This document shows, piece after piece, positions 1 to 10,485 of a stretch of DNA of 64,000 nt. Position numbers and translations under genes: made by a program. This stretch comes from an uncultured Bacteroidia bacterium. Its GTDB lineage: Bacteria > Bacteroidota > Bacteroidia > NS11-12g > UBA9320. Every line of letters begins with the position of its first letter. The stretch's first letter is position 1. Below the pieces are notes generated by a model. The model ran no database searches. It worked only from the letters and a program-made list of their open reading frames with translations, and was not told the origin of the DNA. The stretch lies in NCBI GenBank assembly GCA_943789165.1, contig CALSTB010000005.1:329412-393411 (forward strand). The letters are read 5' to 3'.

Positions 1-99
1 GGTAAAATGTTCTTGAATCCAACCAATAACCAGGATTATCCTATTAATCAATATGACAAAGGTTTTGGTTTAATGGTCGGTTTGAAATACGACTTGTAA
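1..99 (+). CDS. 3' end of a gene truncated by the window edge, probably an outer-membrane beta-barrel protein
   Basis: Frame 1 is open to TAA at 97-99. The C-terminus ...KGFGLMVGLKYDL has the alternating hydrophobic pattern of a final beta-strand. Confidence 0.55.
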   Translation, partial: GKMFLNPTNNQDYPINQYDKGFGLMVGLKYDL

Positions 100-100
100 G

Positions 101-1651
101 GTGTCACTTAAAACACACATACTTTTCATGAGTTGCTTGTTGGGTCATTTAATGGGCTACGGACAAGCAGATTCAGGCATTGTGTCAACCGGACATGTAT
201 CAGCTTTGGTGCAATCAAATGGTACGATGTTTAGCCAAAAAGATGGACAAGCCTATAACCATTTCAATACCAACAAAGTTGCCCAACTGATTACATATTC
301 TGGTCAGTGGATGGTGGGTGTTGAAGGCACAACCGTTTACGCAAACAAGAATGATAATTGGCAAAAACCTCAATTATGGCCTGGTCCAATCGATACAGTA
401 ACGAATCTTCCTAAAAGTGCCGTTGAGTGGTCGAAGATATGGACCATTACTAGGGCTGAAGTACAGGAGCATCGCAACAAATTTGATGAGACTGGTTACC
501 AAATGCCATCAAACATTACAAACTGGCCTGCCAAGCACAACGACAACAACATCAGTGAATTCATGGCGCCCTATATTGACTGGAATATCAATGGCGTTTA
601 TGATCCTGAAAATGGAGACTTCCCAAGTTTTGAAGGAGATTATGCGGCGTATTTTATAGCCAACGATTTATTTGGTGAAAATGTATTCCCTCAAGCAAAC
701 AAATTGGGCATAGAAATTCAAGGATTGGTATACGCTTATAATCGATCGGATTTAGCCAATACGATGTTTGTCAAATTGTACGTAATTAATAGATCTGATA
801 ATAATTATAGTCCGTTTTTTTACGGACAATATGTTGACTTTCAGCTTGGTAACCCAACGGATAATGTAGTGGCGACCGATGTACAACGCAATCTAATATA
901 TGCATACAATGGTGATGACAATGACGAAGATGGGTTTGGTAAAAACCTCCCTTCAGCTGGCTGTATTTTTCTCAGCCATCCACTGTCTGCATCTTCGCTT
1001 TTTACGTCGACAGACAGTGTAAGGGGATTGCCAAAATCGGAGGCAGAAATGTTGGCAGTGATGAATGGAAAATGGAGGAATAATGCCGATAAATATGCTG
1101 TTGGCACTGGGATTTCAGGGACATCGCAACAAACAACCAACTACATCTACCCAAAGAAAACCGACCCGAAAGTGGGAGACTTAAATTGGTCAGATGAAAA
1201 TTCTGGTGATACAGCCGGGAAACGCAAAATGTTAGGTGTTATAAAATTCAATGATTTTAAATCGAAGTCGTATAAGCGAATTGATTTGGCATTTGTGTTC
1301 GCACAAGATGAAGAGAACACTGAGAAAAAATTACAGGAACAAGCTGATCAGAGTACAGATTTCTATAAATCAACGCTTGGTTCAAGCATTGTTTATACAC
1401 AACAGAATTTGAAAGTTTATCCGAATCCGTTTGAATTGGGTAGAGATAAAGCTTTTTATATCAATGCATTAAGCGCACAATTGGTAGATAAAACAGGGAA
1501 AATGATCGTAGATTTAGAACCTGTGGATATCTACGAAAAAAAATTTCAGATTCCATGCAGCGAAAAACTGGCCTCTGGGGTCTACTATTTAAAGGCAGTA
1601 ACATCAAGTGGTTTATCCTACAGCAAAGTGATTTTGATAAGCAATAGATGA
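101..1651 (+). CDS. Secreted protein with T9SS type A C-terminal sorting domain
   Basis: N-terminal signal peptide. C-terminal 'LKVYPNP...G..I...LASGVYYLK...SKVILI' matches the T9SS type A CTD pattern. Contains a 'D.N..G.YDP..GD.P' motif common in Bacteroidota secreted proteins. Confidence 0.8.
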   Translation: MSLKTHILFMSCLLGHLMGYGQADSGIVSTGHVSALVQSNGTMFSQKDGQAYNHFNTNKVAQLITYSGQWMVGVEGTTVYANKNDNWQKPQLWPGPIDTVTNLPKSAVEWSKIWTITRAEVQEHRNKFDETGYQMPSNITNWPAKHNDNNISEFMAPYIDWNINGVYDPENGDFPSFEGDYAAYFIANDLFGENVFPQANKLGIEIQGLVYAYNRSDLANTMFVKLYVINRSDNNYSPFFYGQYVDFQLGNPTDNVVATDVQRNLIYAYNGDDNDEDGFGKNLPSAGCIFLSHPLSASSLFTSTDSVRGLPKSEAEMLAVMNGKWRNNADKYAVGTGISGTSQQTTNYIYPKKTDPKVGDLNWSDENSGDTAGKRKMLGVIKFNDFKSKSYKRIDLAFVFAQDEENTEKKLQEQADQSTDFYKSTLGSSIVYTQQNLKVYPNPFELGRDKAFYINALSAQLVDKTGKMIVDLEPVDIYEKKFQIPCSEKLASGVYYLKAVTSSGLSYSKVILISNR

Positions 1652-1702
1652 CACTGATAAGATAAGAATTACTACAAAAAATATTATTTTAGCACGTTTA
1701 TT

Positions 1703-4700
1703 ATGAGAATAGGTCTACAAAAACATACACAACAGGTTAAGCGCCTGTTATTTAGCACTTTAGCCTTGGTTAGCTTTGCATTTTTTGCAAACGTCCAACA
1801 GGCAAATGCAACGCACGTAATGGGGGCGGACATCACTTACAAGTGTTTGGACACCCTTAAATTTGAGTTTACCGTAAAATACTACCGCTATTGTGGTGGT
1901 GTTCCTTTTGGTAACCCAAGTAACATTACAAAACTAATTTGTACCAAAACAGGGGCGTCTCAAGGCGTTTCTTTAACGCGTCAAAGTATTCGTGACGTAA
2001 CTCCTGTTTGTGCGACAGCAACTAAACCTTGTAATCCGTCGAACACCAGTAGAACTGGAGATGGTATCGAGGAGCATTACTACACGGTAACGATTGATTT
2101 CAATAAAGCGCCGTATAGTAACTTGACTAAAAACGGATGTTGTGAGGTACGGCTAGAAACTGGACAGTGTTGTAGAAACTCCAACATTACCTCCGGTGCT
2201 GCCAACCAGAACTTTTACACGTATGCTACCATTGACCTATGTAAAGCACCGTGTAACTCTTCTCCTTCGTTAACGACAGAGCCAATTGCATATTTATGTT
2301 GTAACCAACCGTTCTACTATAACAACGGTGCATCGGATACATCTAACTATGACTCATTGTCGTACAACTTTGCTGATCCATTAAGAGGATGGAACAACAA
2401 AATTAGCTACAGTGGTAACTACACATACAAAAACCCATTTGATTCTTACTATCCTGGTTCTTTGAAGCCACCATACAACAACCCAAATGCTAACCCACCA
2501 ATCGGAATCTACTTAGATCCTGAAACAGGGGATTTGATTTTTACACCTGTAAAGTGTGATGAAATTACGGTTGCTGTATTGGAAGTAACAGAGTGGAGGA
2601 AAAATGCCTCCGGAAAGTATGAAGTCATCGGGGTCACAAGGCGGGATATGCAGTTTATAACCAAGCAATGTCCCGGGAATAATCCGCCTATTATAAAGGG
2701 TAAATTTACGACTACGGTCTGTGAAGGTTCCCAGATATGTTATGTGATTACGACAGAGGATAAGGTGAAAGTGCCACCGCCTCCACTACCCAAACCTGAT
2801 CCAGATACGGTGACTATTAAGTGGAACAGGGGTATTCCTGGTGCGACTTTTACTGTTCAAAATGCTAAAGCTTTAAACCAATCTGCGAAGTTCTGTTGGA
2901 CACCTCCAATTGGATCCGCATCCGATCTGCCATACACATATACTGTGACGGCAAGGGATGACGCTTGTCCTTTGAATGCGGTAACAGTTCGTGCATTCCA
3001 AGTAAAAGTAAATCCTATTGCAGAAGCAGATAGAAAAATAACGAAATTAGATTGTGGCCGATACGCCATAGAAAGTGATCCTTTCCCTAACTTTAAGAAT
3101 CCGGCCAAATATTCGTGGCAACTGAAAGATTCCAGTGGGGTAATCATCTTCGATAGGAAGATAGGATATTTCGAGAGTACGGGTTCCTTTATTAGTTCTA
3201 AACAATATGATACCATTCTATTTAGAACGGGTGGAACGTATATCATACAACATACTATCGACAATAGCCCTAAGTGTCCAAACGATTACTATGATACTAT
3301 CGTAGTACCACCGTTGTTGGAAGTAGACTTAGCTTTCGGACCAGATACATTTGTATGTGCTGGAACTACCTTAAGACTTGAGCCAAAAATTGCGAATGGA
3401 TCTCTTCCAGTGTCATACAAATGGGGAACAGGAGATACGACTTCGTATATCGACATTCAAGTACCAAACCGTACGTCTGATACAACTTTCTATGTAGAAA
3501 TACGGGATCAGAACAATTGTACCGCTTGGGATAGTACAACAGTATTCTTAAAAGAAAACCCACTGGTGACCATCGGTCCAGATCGAAGGATTTGTACCTA
3601 TAATACCATTAGTCTCTATCCAAATGATAGTTTGGCTTATTGGGATGATCCAAGAGATACGTCAGAAATAAAGATTCGTCAAGGTGATACCTTATATAAA
3701 GAGTGGTATTTAGATGGTACACTCGTGAGTGAAGATACCGCGATGATAGATATTAATACTGCTGGAGAGTATGTCATTAAAGTAATAGACAGTATAGGAT
3801 GTTTTGCAACCGATACCATGATACTAGCTGTAAATGATACAGTAACTGCCAATGCCGGTCCAGATCAAACATTCTGTTGGAATGATTACATGGAACTGGT
3901 TGGTACAGAGCTAGATACCGCAGGTAATTGGAAAACGGGAACGTTTAGGTGGTGGGATATAACCGCGAACCCCAAAGTCAATATGGGGACGAAGGATACC
4001 TTAGCCTATAACATACAAAACAGTACAGATTTCCAATTGGAGCTATTTGTAACAGAAGACACAACAACGTGTTATGATGCAGATACGGTCATTATTACGG
4101 TGAACCCACTCCCAATTGTTAAAATGCCTGGTGATATAGAAGTATGTCATGATGCTGGTAAGATCAACTTAACGTTGTTCGAAGACAGTAAAACAAAGGG
4201 AGGAGCTTGGTACTGCCCTAAGAATCCATCGTATGTAGAGAAAGAGAGTGAGTTTATCACTTCGCTTGCTGGTATACCAGGAAAATCAACTAGTAACGAA
4301 ATTTACTATAAGTATGTACATCCATCAACGGGTTGTGTGAGAACAGATTCTTTTACGATTAAAGTGAATCCGCTTCCAGACGTTGAGTTACGAGATGGTT
4401 ACTTCTGTCAAGATAAGGAAACTGTAAATCTAAAAGATGATAAGATTATTGTTTTACCTGGTGGTGGTACATTAGCACTAGGACGTCAAGCATGGAAATG
4501 TGTAGACTGTGGTAGCTATAAAGAGTCAGACATCATTGAAGATATTAACGGTGGTGGGTCTGGTGCGACCCAAGACTTCGTATTACATATAGACGAAAAT
4601 GCAATTCCTTTGGGAAGCTTCTCGTCTGATACAATAACGATTGAATTCGAATTTAGAAATGTATTTGGCTGTTACAACAGAGATACTGCTGACATTGCCA

Positions 4701-6424
4701 TCACTAAAGTCCCTAAAATTGAATTTAAAGGATTCTCAGACTTATGTTGGGATGAAGGAATTGTAGAATTGAAAGGCTTGAGTGAGGTTACGCCATCTGA
4801 CGGAATCTGGAAAGCGGTTGATTCAACTGGATTTGCTGCGGCAGCTGGTTTAAATGCAGCGCTTAAAGGAGATACATTAAACGGAGATACATTAAATACA
4901 TTGGCTACTCCGCAACCTGCGGAAGGAAGTAGCTTTACATATTTAATGCGTTACTTCCACGATCGTTCAGGTTGTCCAACTTCACGTGATACTACCTTGA
5001 CGATTAGAGGTTTACCAGTTCCGATTATTGATGAGAAGCCATTCTCTGATGTGCACAAATCATTCGAACCGTTCACTTTCTGTGAGCTTGACGATGATGT
5101 GAACATGCAAGTGAATTATGCAGGTGGAACCTGGTCATCTTCACAAAGTGGTGTGTTATCAGGAAGTGACTTCATGCCTTCATCGGTATCGAGCTACAAC
5201 AACCCATTCCTTATATTCTATGATTACACAGATATATATGGTTGTGCTGGACGTGACTCAGTTCGGGTTGTCGTTCATCAACAACATACCTTAGATATAT
5301 CGAATGATACTGCGATTTGTAGAACGGATAACATGGTATTAGATGTGAAAGCAAATTATACCAATTCAACTGCAGTATTATGGGTGCCACTTACTGGCGG
5401 AACAGTTGCGAATCCAAATGCGGATCAAACGACGTTTAGTTTTAAATCGTCACCAGATTCAGTATTCAGGCACTTGTTATATGCTCAAACGGTAGAAAAC
5501 AGCAACAACGTTTGTCCATTTACAGATAAGACAATGGTTGTGTTTGTTCATCCAAAACCTGTTGCGGAAATAGTTGGAGATACATTAAATGGTTGTAACC
5601 CTGTAGATGTGCAGTTTACAACGACTATGTTGAACCAAATAGATCCATTGACAAGTAAATACGAATGGACTTACGAAGATGGTGGTTCTGACAATGTTCA
5701 AGACCCTAACTATAGATTTACAGTGAATGGTGATAACAATGTTCAATTGAGGTTGACATCAGCGTTTGGTTGTGATACAACACTTAACTTGAATGTGGAA
5801 GTATATCCAATTCCTGTAGCGATGTTTACACCAAATCCGAACAACAGTCAAACAGCTGCATTGCCTAAATTCCAGTTTAACAATGAGTCAACAGTGACTT
5901 CAGAATTAAACAGTGTGATTGCTGAAACGATTTGGGATTTCGGAATCCTATCTGAAATTGATGATACATCAACTCAAGTGAGTCCGTTGTTCTTCTATCC
6001 TTCAGATACGGGAACATACGACGTTAACTTAACGGTTAGAACACAATACGGTTGTGAGTCTCAATTTACCTACCCGGTAATTATCGGTCCAGATATCTTG
6101 GTATTCATTCCTAACGCATTCTCACCAGATGGTGGCGGACCAGAAGCAAACGATGGCTTTAGGGCAATTGTGAACGATGCAGCTAAAGAATATCACCTAA
6201 TCATCTTTAACCGATGGGGTGAGGTTATTTGGGAAACCAAAGATCGTTTAGCCGAGTGGGATGGTAAGTATGGTCGCGATGCTGGATGGGATGGAGATCC
6301 AAATACTTCAGCGCACGACAACAGATTACCAGTTGCTCAGGACGTTTACGCATACCATTTACGTATCGTAAGCTGGAACAACGAAGAGTTTAAGTACTCT
6401 GGAACTGTTACCTTAATTAGATAA
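1703..6424 (+). CDS. Large Cys-rich T9SS type B (gliding-motility CTD) cargo protein with PKD-like repeats
   Basis: Signal peptide followed by 'ATHVMGADITY'. PKD-like 'WDFG' segments. C-terminal 'FIPNAFSPDG...NDGF...IFNRWGE...WDG...VYAY...SGTVTLIR'. Confidence 0.9.
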   Translation: MRIGLQKHTQQVKRLLFSTLALVSFAFFANVQQANATHVMGADITYKCLDTLKFEFTVKYYRYCGGVPFGNPSNITKLICTKTGASQGVSLTRQSIRDVTPVCATATKPCNPSNTSRTGDGIEEHYYTVTIDFNKAPYSNLTKNGCCEVRLETGQCCRNSNITSGAANQNFYTYATIDLCKAPCNSSPSLTTEPIAYLCCNQPFYYNNGASDTSNYDSLSYNFADPLRGWNNKISYSGNYTYKNPFDSYYPGSLKPPYNNPNANPPIGIYLDPETGDLIFTPVKCDEITVAVLEVTEWRKNASGKYEVIGVTRRDMQFITKQCPGNNPPIIKGKFTTTVCEGSQICYVITTEDKVKVPPPPLPKPDPDTVTIKWNRGIPGATFTVQNAKALNQSAKFCWTPPIGSASDLPYTYTVTARDDACPLNAVTVRAFQVKVNPIAEADRKITKLDCGRYAIESDPFPNFKNPAKYSWQLKDSSGVIIFDRKIGYFESTGSFISSKQYDTILFRTGGTYIIQHTIDNSPKCPNDYYDTIVVPPLLEVDLAFGPDTFVCAGTTLRLEPKIANGSLPVSYKWGTGDTTSYIDIQVPNRTSDTTFYVEIRDQNNCTAWDSTTVFLKENPLVTIGPDRRICTYNTISLYPNDSLAYWDDPRDTSEIKIRQGDTLYKEWYLDGTLVSEDTAMIDINTAGEYVIKVIDSIGCFATDTMILAVNDTVTANAGPDQTFCWNDYMELVGTELDTAGNWKTGTFRWWDITANPKVNMGTKDTLAYNIQNSTDFQLELFVTEDTTTCYDADTVIITVNPLPIVKMPGDIEVCHDAGKINLTLFEDSKTKGGAWYCPKNPSYVEKESEFITSLAGIPGKSTSNEIYYKYVHPSTGCVRTDSFTIKVNPLPDVELRDGYFCQDKETVNLKDDKIIVLPGGGTLALGRQAWKCVDCGSYKESDIIEDINGGGSGATQDFVLHIDENAIPLGSFSSDTITIEFEFRNVFGCYNRDTADIAITKVPKIEFKGFSDLCWDEGIVELKGLSEVTPSDGIWKAVDSTGFAAAAGLNAALKGDTLNGDTLNTLATPQPAEGSSFTYLMRYFHDRSGCPTSRDTTLTIRGLPVPIIDEKPFSDVHKSFEPFTFCELDDDVNMQVNYAGGTWSSSQSGVLSGSDFMPSSVSSYNNPFLIFYDYTDIYGCAGRDSVRVVVHQQHTLDISNDTAICRTDNMVLDVKANYTNSTAVLWVPLTGGTVANPNADQTTFSFKSSPDSVFRHLLYAQTVENSNNVCPFTDKTMVVFVHPKPVAEIVGDTLNGCNPVDVQFTTTMLNQIDPLTSKYEWTYEDGGSDNVQDPNYRFTVNGDNNVQLRLTSAFGCDTTLNLNVEVYPIPVAMFTPNPNNSQTAALPKFQFNNESTVTSELNSVIAETIWDFGILSEIDDTSTQVSPLFFYPSDTGTYDVNLTVRTQYGCESQFTYPVIIGPDILVFIPNAFSPDGGGPEANDGFRAIVNDAAKEYHLIIFNRWGEVIWETKDRLAEWDGKYGRDAGWDGDPNTSAHDNRLPVAQDVYAYHLRIVSWNNEEFKYSGTVTLIR

Positions 6425-6442
6425 TCAATTTAAAAACCATAC

Positions 6443-6475
6443 AGAAAGCAGTGCTAAACCCACTGCTTTCTTTTT
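6443..6475 (+). terminator. Rho-independent terminator
   Basis: AGAAAGCAGTG-ctaaacc-CACTGCTTTCT followed by a T tract, just after the stop at 6424. Confidence 0.85.
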
Positions 6476-6510
6476 ATTATAAAGTCGTATCTTAGTAGTG
6501 CGTTACGATT

Positions 6511-9500
6511 GTGAAAAAACTAATCCTCATATCGCTTTTCTGCATAGCGTTTCATTTGCAATCTGCTGCATCCCATCTATTGGGAGCGGAGATTACGTAT
6601 TCGCACTTGACAGATTATAAGTATAAAGTATTTGTGACGGTCTACAGAGATTGTAACGAGTGCAAGATTGCTGGAGGTGGGGGTGGTTCAAACACTAAAG
6701 ATTGTGACAACGTTTACTTATATCTCAGATCATCTAATATCAATGGATGTAATTCTAAAGAATTAGGGAAGTTAGGCCTAACGAGGGAATCGATAACAGA
6801 AATACTCCCTATTTGCCCAACCGCTGTTTCCAAATGTAAAGCCGATACCGGCTTAAGTTTTGGTGTTGAAGCCCATACTTTTTCGGTTGAAATAGATTTT
6901 GAAGAGTTTAAGTCTTATCAAAATTGTGGATTCGAAATGTATGTTCAGCTAGCTCTAAGAGCGGATGACATCGATAATTTATCACAATCTTCTATCGGAG
7001 AAACATTATATAACTTTAGTTACATAAACCCGTTTGAAGTGCATTCTTCCCCAAAGTTCAATGCCAATCCAGAGTTATTGTTAACCGTTAATCAAGCGGC
7101 TAAAAGTTACGTAACCTCTTCTAAAACGAGTGATTCAATTTCTATTCATTTTGAGAAACCATTACGAGGTGCTAACAATGAAATAAACTATAAAGAAGGA
7201 TACTCGCTTCAAAGACCATTAACCGTATGGTGCAATGGAGACCAAGAAAAATGTGAAGCGAATCCTCAAGCAAATCCGCCTGTGGGCGTTACCTTAAACG
7301 CACAAACAGGGTTTTGTGGCTTTTACCCCAGTTAAAAATCACGAGAAGGCTACAATTGTATATGAAATTGAAATGTGGCGAAACACCACTAAGGGTGTCG
7401 TTTTAATCAGTAAGGTAAGACGCGACATATTGGTAACCGTGACTTCATATGGACAACAGAATAATCCTCCTCAATTATTTGGTACTTCATACGATACAAA
7501 ATCAAACGTCGTAAACGCATGTGCCGGAGAAGAATTGTGTTTTGACATAAACGCAAAAGATGCGCCGTTCATTCATCCTGATGGTTCGTACCAAACAGCA
7601 AATTCTGTTGAATACCAATGGGTTGCTCAGTTACCGGGAGCGACCATTAAACAAGTGTCCATGTCTCAAGCGCCTTATAACAAATTACAAGTTTGTTGGA
7701 CACCAGGCAAAAAAGATATTGGGAAGTCATTCCCACTTCAGGTGAAGGCGACCGACAACCATTGTCCATTGCAGGCATCCGTGACAGCTCAATATACCAT
7801 TGTGGTAAATGGAAAGCCTGACAACCACGTAAGTGTGAAGAATTTATGGTGTGGAAGCATTCAATTGAACGCAGATACGACCAAACAATATGATTTCAAA
7901 AGCATAGGTTGGACCTTGATTGATGATACGCAATCACCTTATTTTACGTCTAACAAAACTACTGATACGGTACAATTCAAAGAACCCATCTCAGGTCAAT
8001 TATCAGTTGTGCTTACTTCAGATGTGGGCTGTACAAATGAAGTGACCATACCCATTGATAAAACTGAGTCTGACTTAAGCGTCAATTTTGGTGAAGTACT
8101 AGGGAAGGATGCGTATTGTATTGGTGATACGGTAAAGCTAAGTGCTCAGTCAAAAGGGAATGTAAAAATCTATCAAGTGCATTGGTTGAGGAATTCTGAT
8201 TCGTTTTCTAAAGCACCAGGCATTCAATATCCAGCAAAGTTTAAAGAGAATAAAGACATATTCGATGTTGTTTTATTGGGGTCGAAAGGAAAGCTTCAAT
8301 GCGTTGATTCACATTCTATAGTAATCACGGTAGAAAGCCACCAAAAAGTGGACTTTGTGCCCATATTGCCAGTCTGTGAAGGACCAACTTTGGTCAACAT
8401 CAGTCAATCTGCAAGTGTGCCTGGTGGCACGTGGGAAGGCATTGATCACGATTTAATGGTGAACAATCAAATCGACGTAAACAAGCTTGGTGATATTTCA
8501 ACTGCGGTTGAAGTTTGTCAAAAGTATACGACTAAGTCGCTGACTTCAGGATGTTTAAGCCACGACACCTTCTGTGTTTGGGTGGTTCCTAATCCAGAAT
8601 TGAATTTAGAGAAAAGAACGGTTTGCGGCGCTACTGGTTATTTTAACTTAACCAATATGGATCCCGCGATGTATTCTTTTGGTGAATACGATATTGATTG
8701 GACGGTAGATGGGAAAACACCTGGGAGTAATCCATTAGGTAACAAACACTTAATCGAACTTGCTGGATTATCTATAGGCGATCATGAAGTAATCGGTGTA
8801 TATAGAAATGAATTTGGTTGTTCGACTCGAGATACAGGAATTTTATCCCTTTTGGACAATATAGATTTATCATCTATAACTAGTAAAAAGTCATGTCAAG
8901 GAACCAATGAAAACCTCAACGAAATTTTTGGTATTGACCTTGGTGGCGGTTTTTGGACCAGTCCTTCAAATAGTGCAAGTGTAGTGAATAACGCTATCGC
9001 AGCAGATGTTTGTGGTCCTGTGGATTTGCAATTTACATACGACCAGTTCGGATGTTATGTGACGCACGACGTTTCACTAAACGTAGTTTGTAAACCTAGT
9101 ATTGCATTCGATATTCCCGATTCACTATGTGCGTTAGATGAAAGTGTACAGCTTATTGCCAATCCTTCTATCGGGATTTTTGAGGGCGATGAGGTGGTTA
9201 ATAATTATTTATACATCGATGAAACGCCTAAAACATATTCATTCAATTTTGTTGTAAAGAAAGATGTTTGTGAGTTTATATACCCGCATTCTGTGACGGT
9301 AATGCCGGCACCGAAAATGGTTATAGGATCTGGTATTCCAGGGTCTATTTGTGAAGGACAGTCGATTGATTTAAAACCCATTCATGTGGTTGATGGAGTA
9401 CTTGAAATAACCACTTCTGAAGAAACGTTCAGTTTTACTGGACAAGGGAGTGCCTTTACACACACACCAACTGAAGCGGAGAAAATGAAGGGCAAGGCGC

Positions 9501-10387
9501 TCATTAGACTAGCGTTAAAAGGACAAGGATACTGTCCAATCCCAGATGAGGAATATCAAATTAAAATTCATCCTAAAGCAAAAATCCATTTGGTAGATAG
9601 CGTATTTGAAGGTTGTACCCCTTTTGCGTTCAAACCGGCGTTCATATACGACACTGAAATTTTGGATTGGTCAGCGACTCAAACAGAATGGGATTTTGGT
9701 GATGGACCAAAACGACTAACTAAAATACAACCAAGCAACAATTATAAAGCTGCTGGTACGTATTCTATTTCATTACATACAGTTAGCCCTGAAGGTTGTG
9801 TTTACAACAAAACGTGGTTAAACGCTGTAACAGTGCATAGTTCTCCGGATGCATCGTTTAGACCTTCTCCTAACGGACAAGTATCCATTAGACAAGCATT
9901 TGTGCAATTTGAAAATACCAGTACTTCGGCAGATTCTATGTCGTACATGTGGAATTTCGGAACAGGTAATCCTGCTGATGTATCAACCGAAACATCGCCA
10001 AACTTTACCTTCTCAAACGATACAGGAACTTATAACGTTTCGTTAACCGTGTCGACAGATATGGGTTGTGAAGATGTATATGTCCACAAAGTGATTGTTG
10101 GGCCGGACATTCGTATCCTCGTTCCAAATGCCTTTTCACCAAACGACAAAGGTTCTGAAATAACAGAGGAGTTTAAAGTTGTAGGAACCAGTGTTCGCTA
10201 TTTCCATATTGAAATCTTTAATCGGTGGGGACAACAAGTTTACAAATCAGACAACATTGATGAAGAGTGGGATGGAAAGTCAGTCGGAAGGTTCTGTGAA
10301 GTAGGCGTTTATGCTTATTTGATTCAAGCCACAAGTATGTCTGGTGAAACCTACGAGTTCAAAGGAACGATTCACCTTTTACGATAA
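6511..10387 (+). pseudogene. T9SS type B PKD-repeat protein, paralogue of 1703-6424, split into two ORFs by one extra base at ~7309-7315
   Basis: ORF 6511-7335 carries the signal peptide and 'ASHLLGAEITY'. ORF 7316-10387 carries PKD repeats and a type B CTD ('VPNAFSPN...IFNRWGQ...WDG...GTIHLLR'). Removing one T from GGGTTTTG gives NPPVGVTLNAQTGFVAFTPVK, collinear with NPPIGIYLDPETGDLIFTPVK in the upstream paralogue. The repaired protein is ~1291 aa. This may be a sequencing error rather than a true pseudogene. Confidence 0.8.
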
Positions 10388-10485
10388 TTTGGTCTGAACC
10401 AACTCGTAAATCTATCTAAATTTATTTGCTAAAAATTCAAGTACTTCTGAGTGCGTAAAATCTATACATGGCTTATTTTTGAACC

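Noticed and set aside
4868-4897. 15-nt tandem duplication (GDTLN-GDTLN) in the adhesin
   Set aside because: It is an in-frame two-copy micro-duplication, not an array or a variable region.
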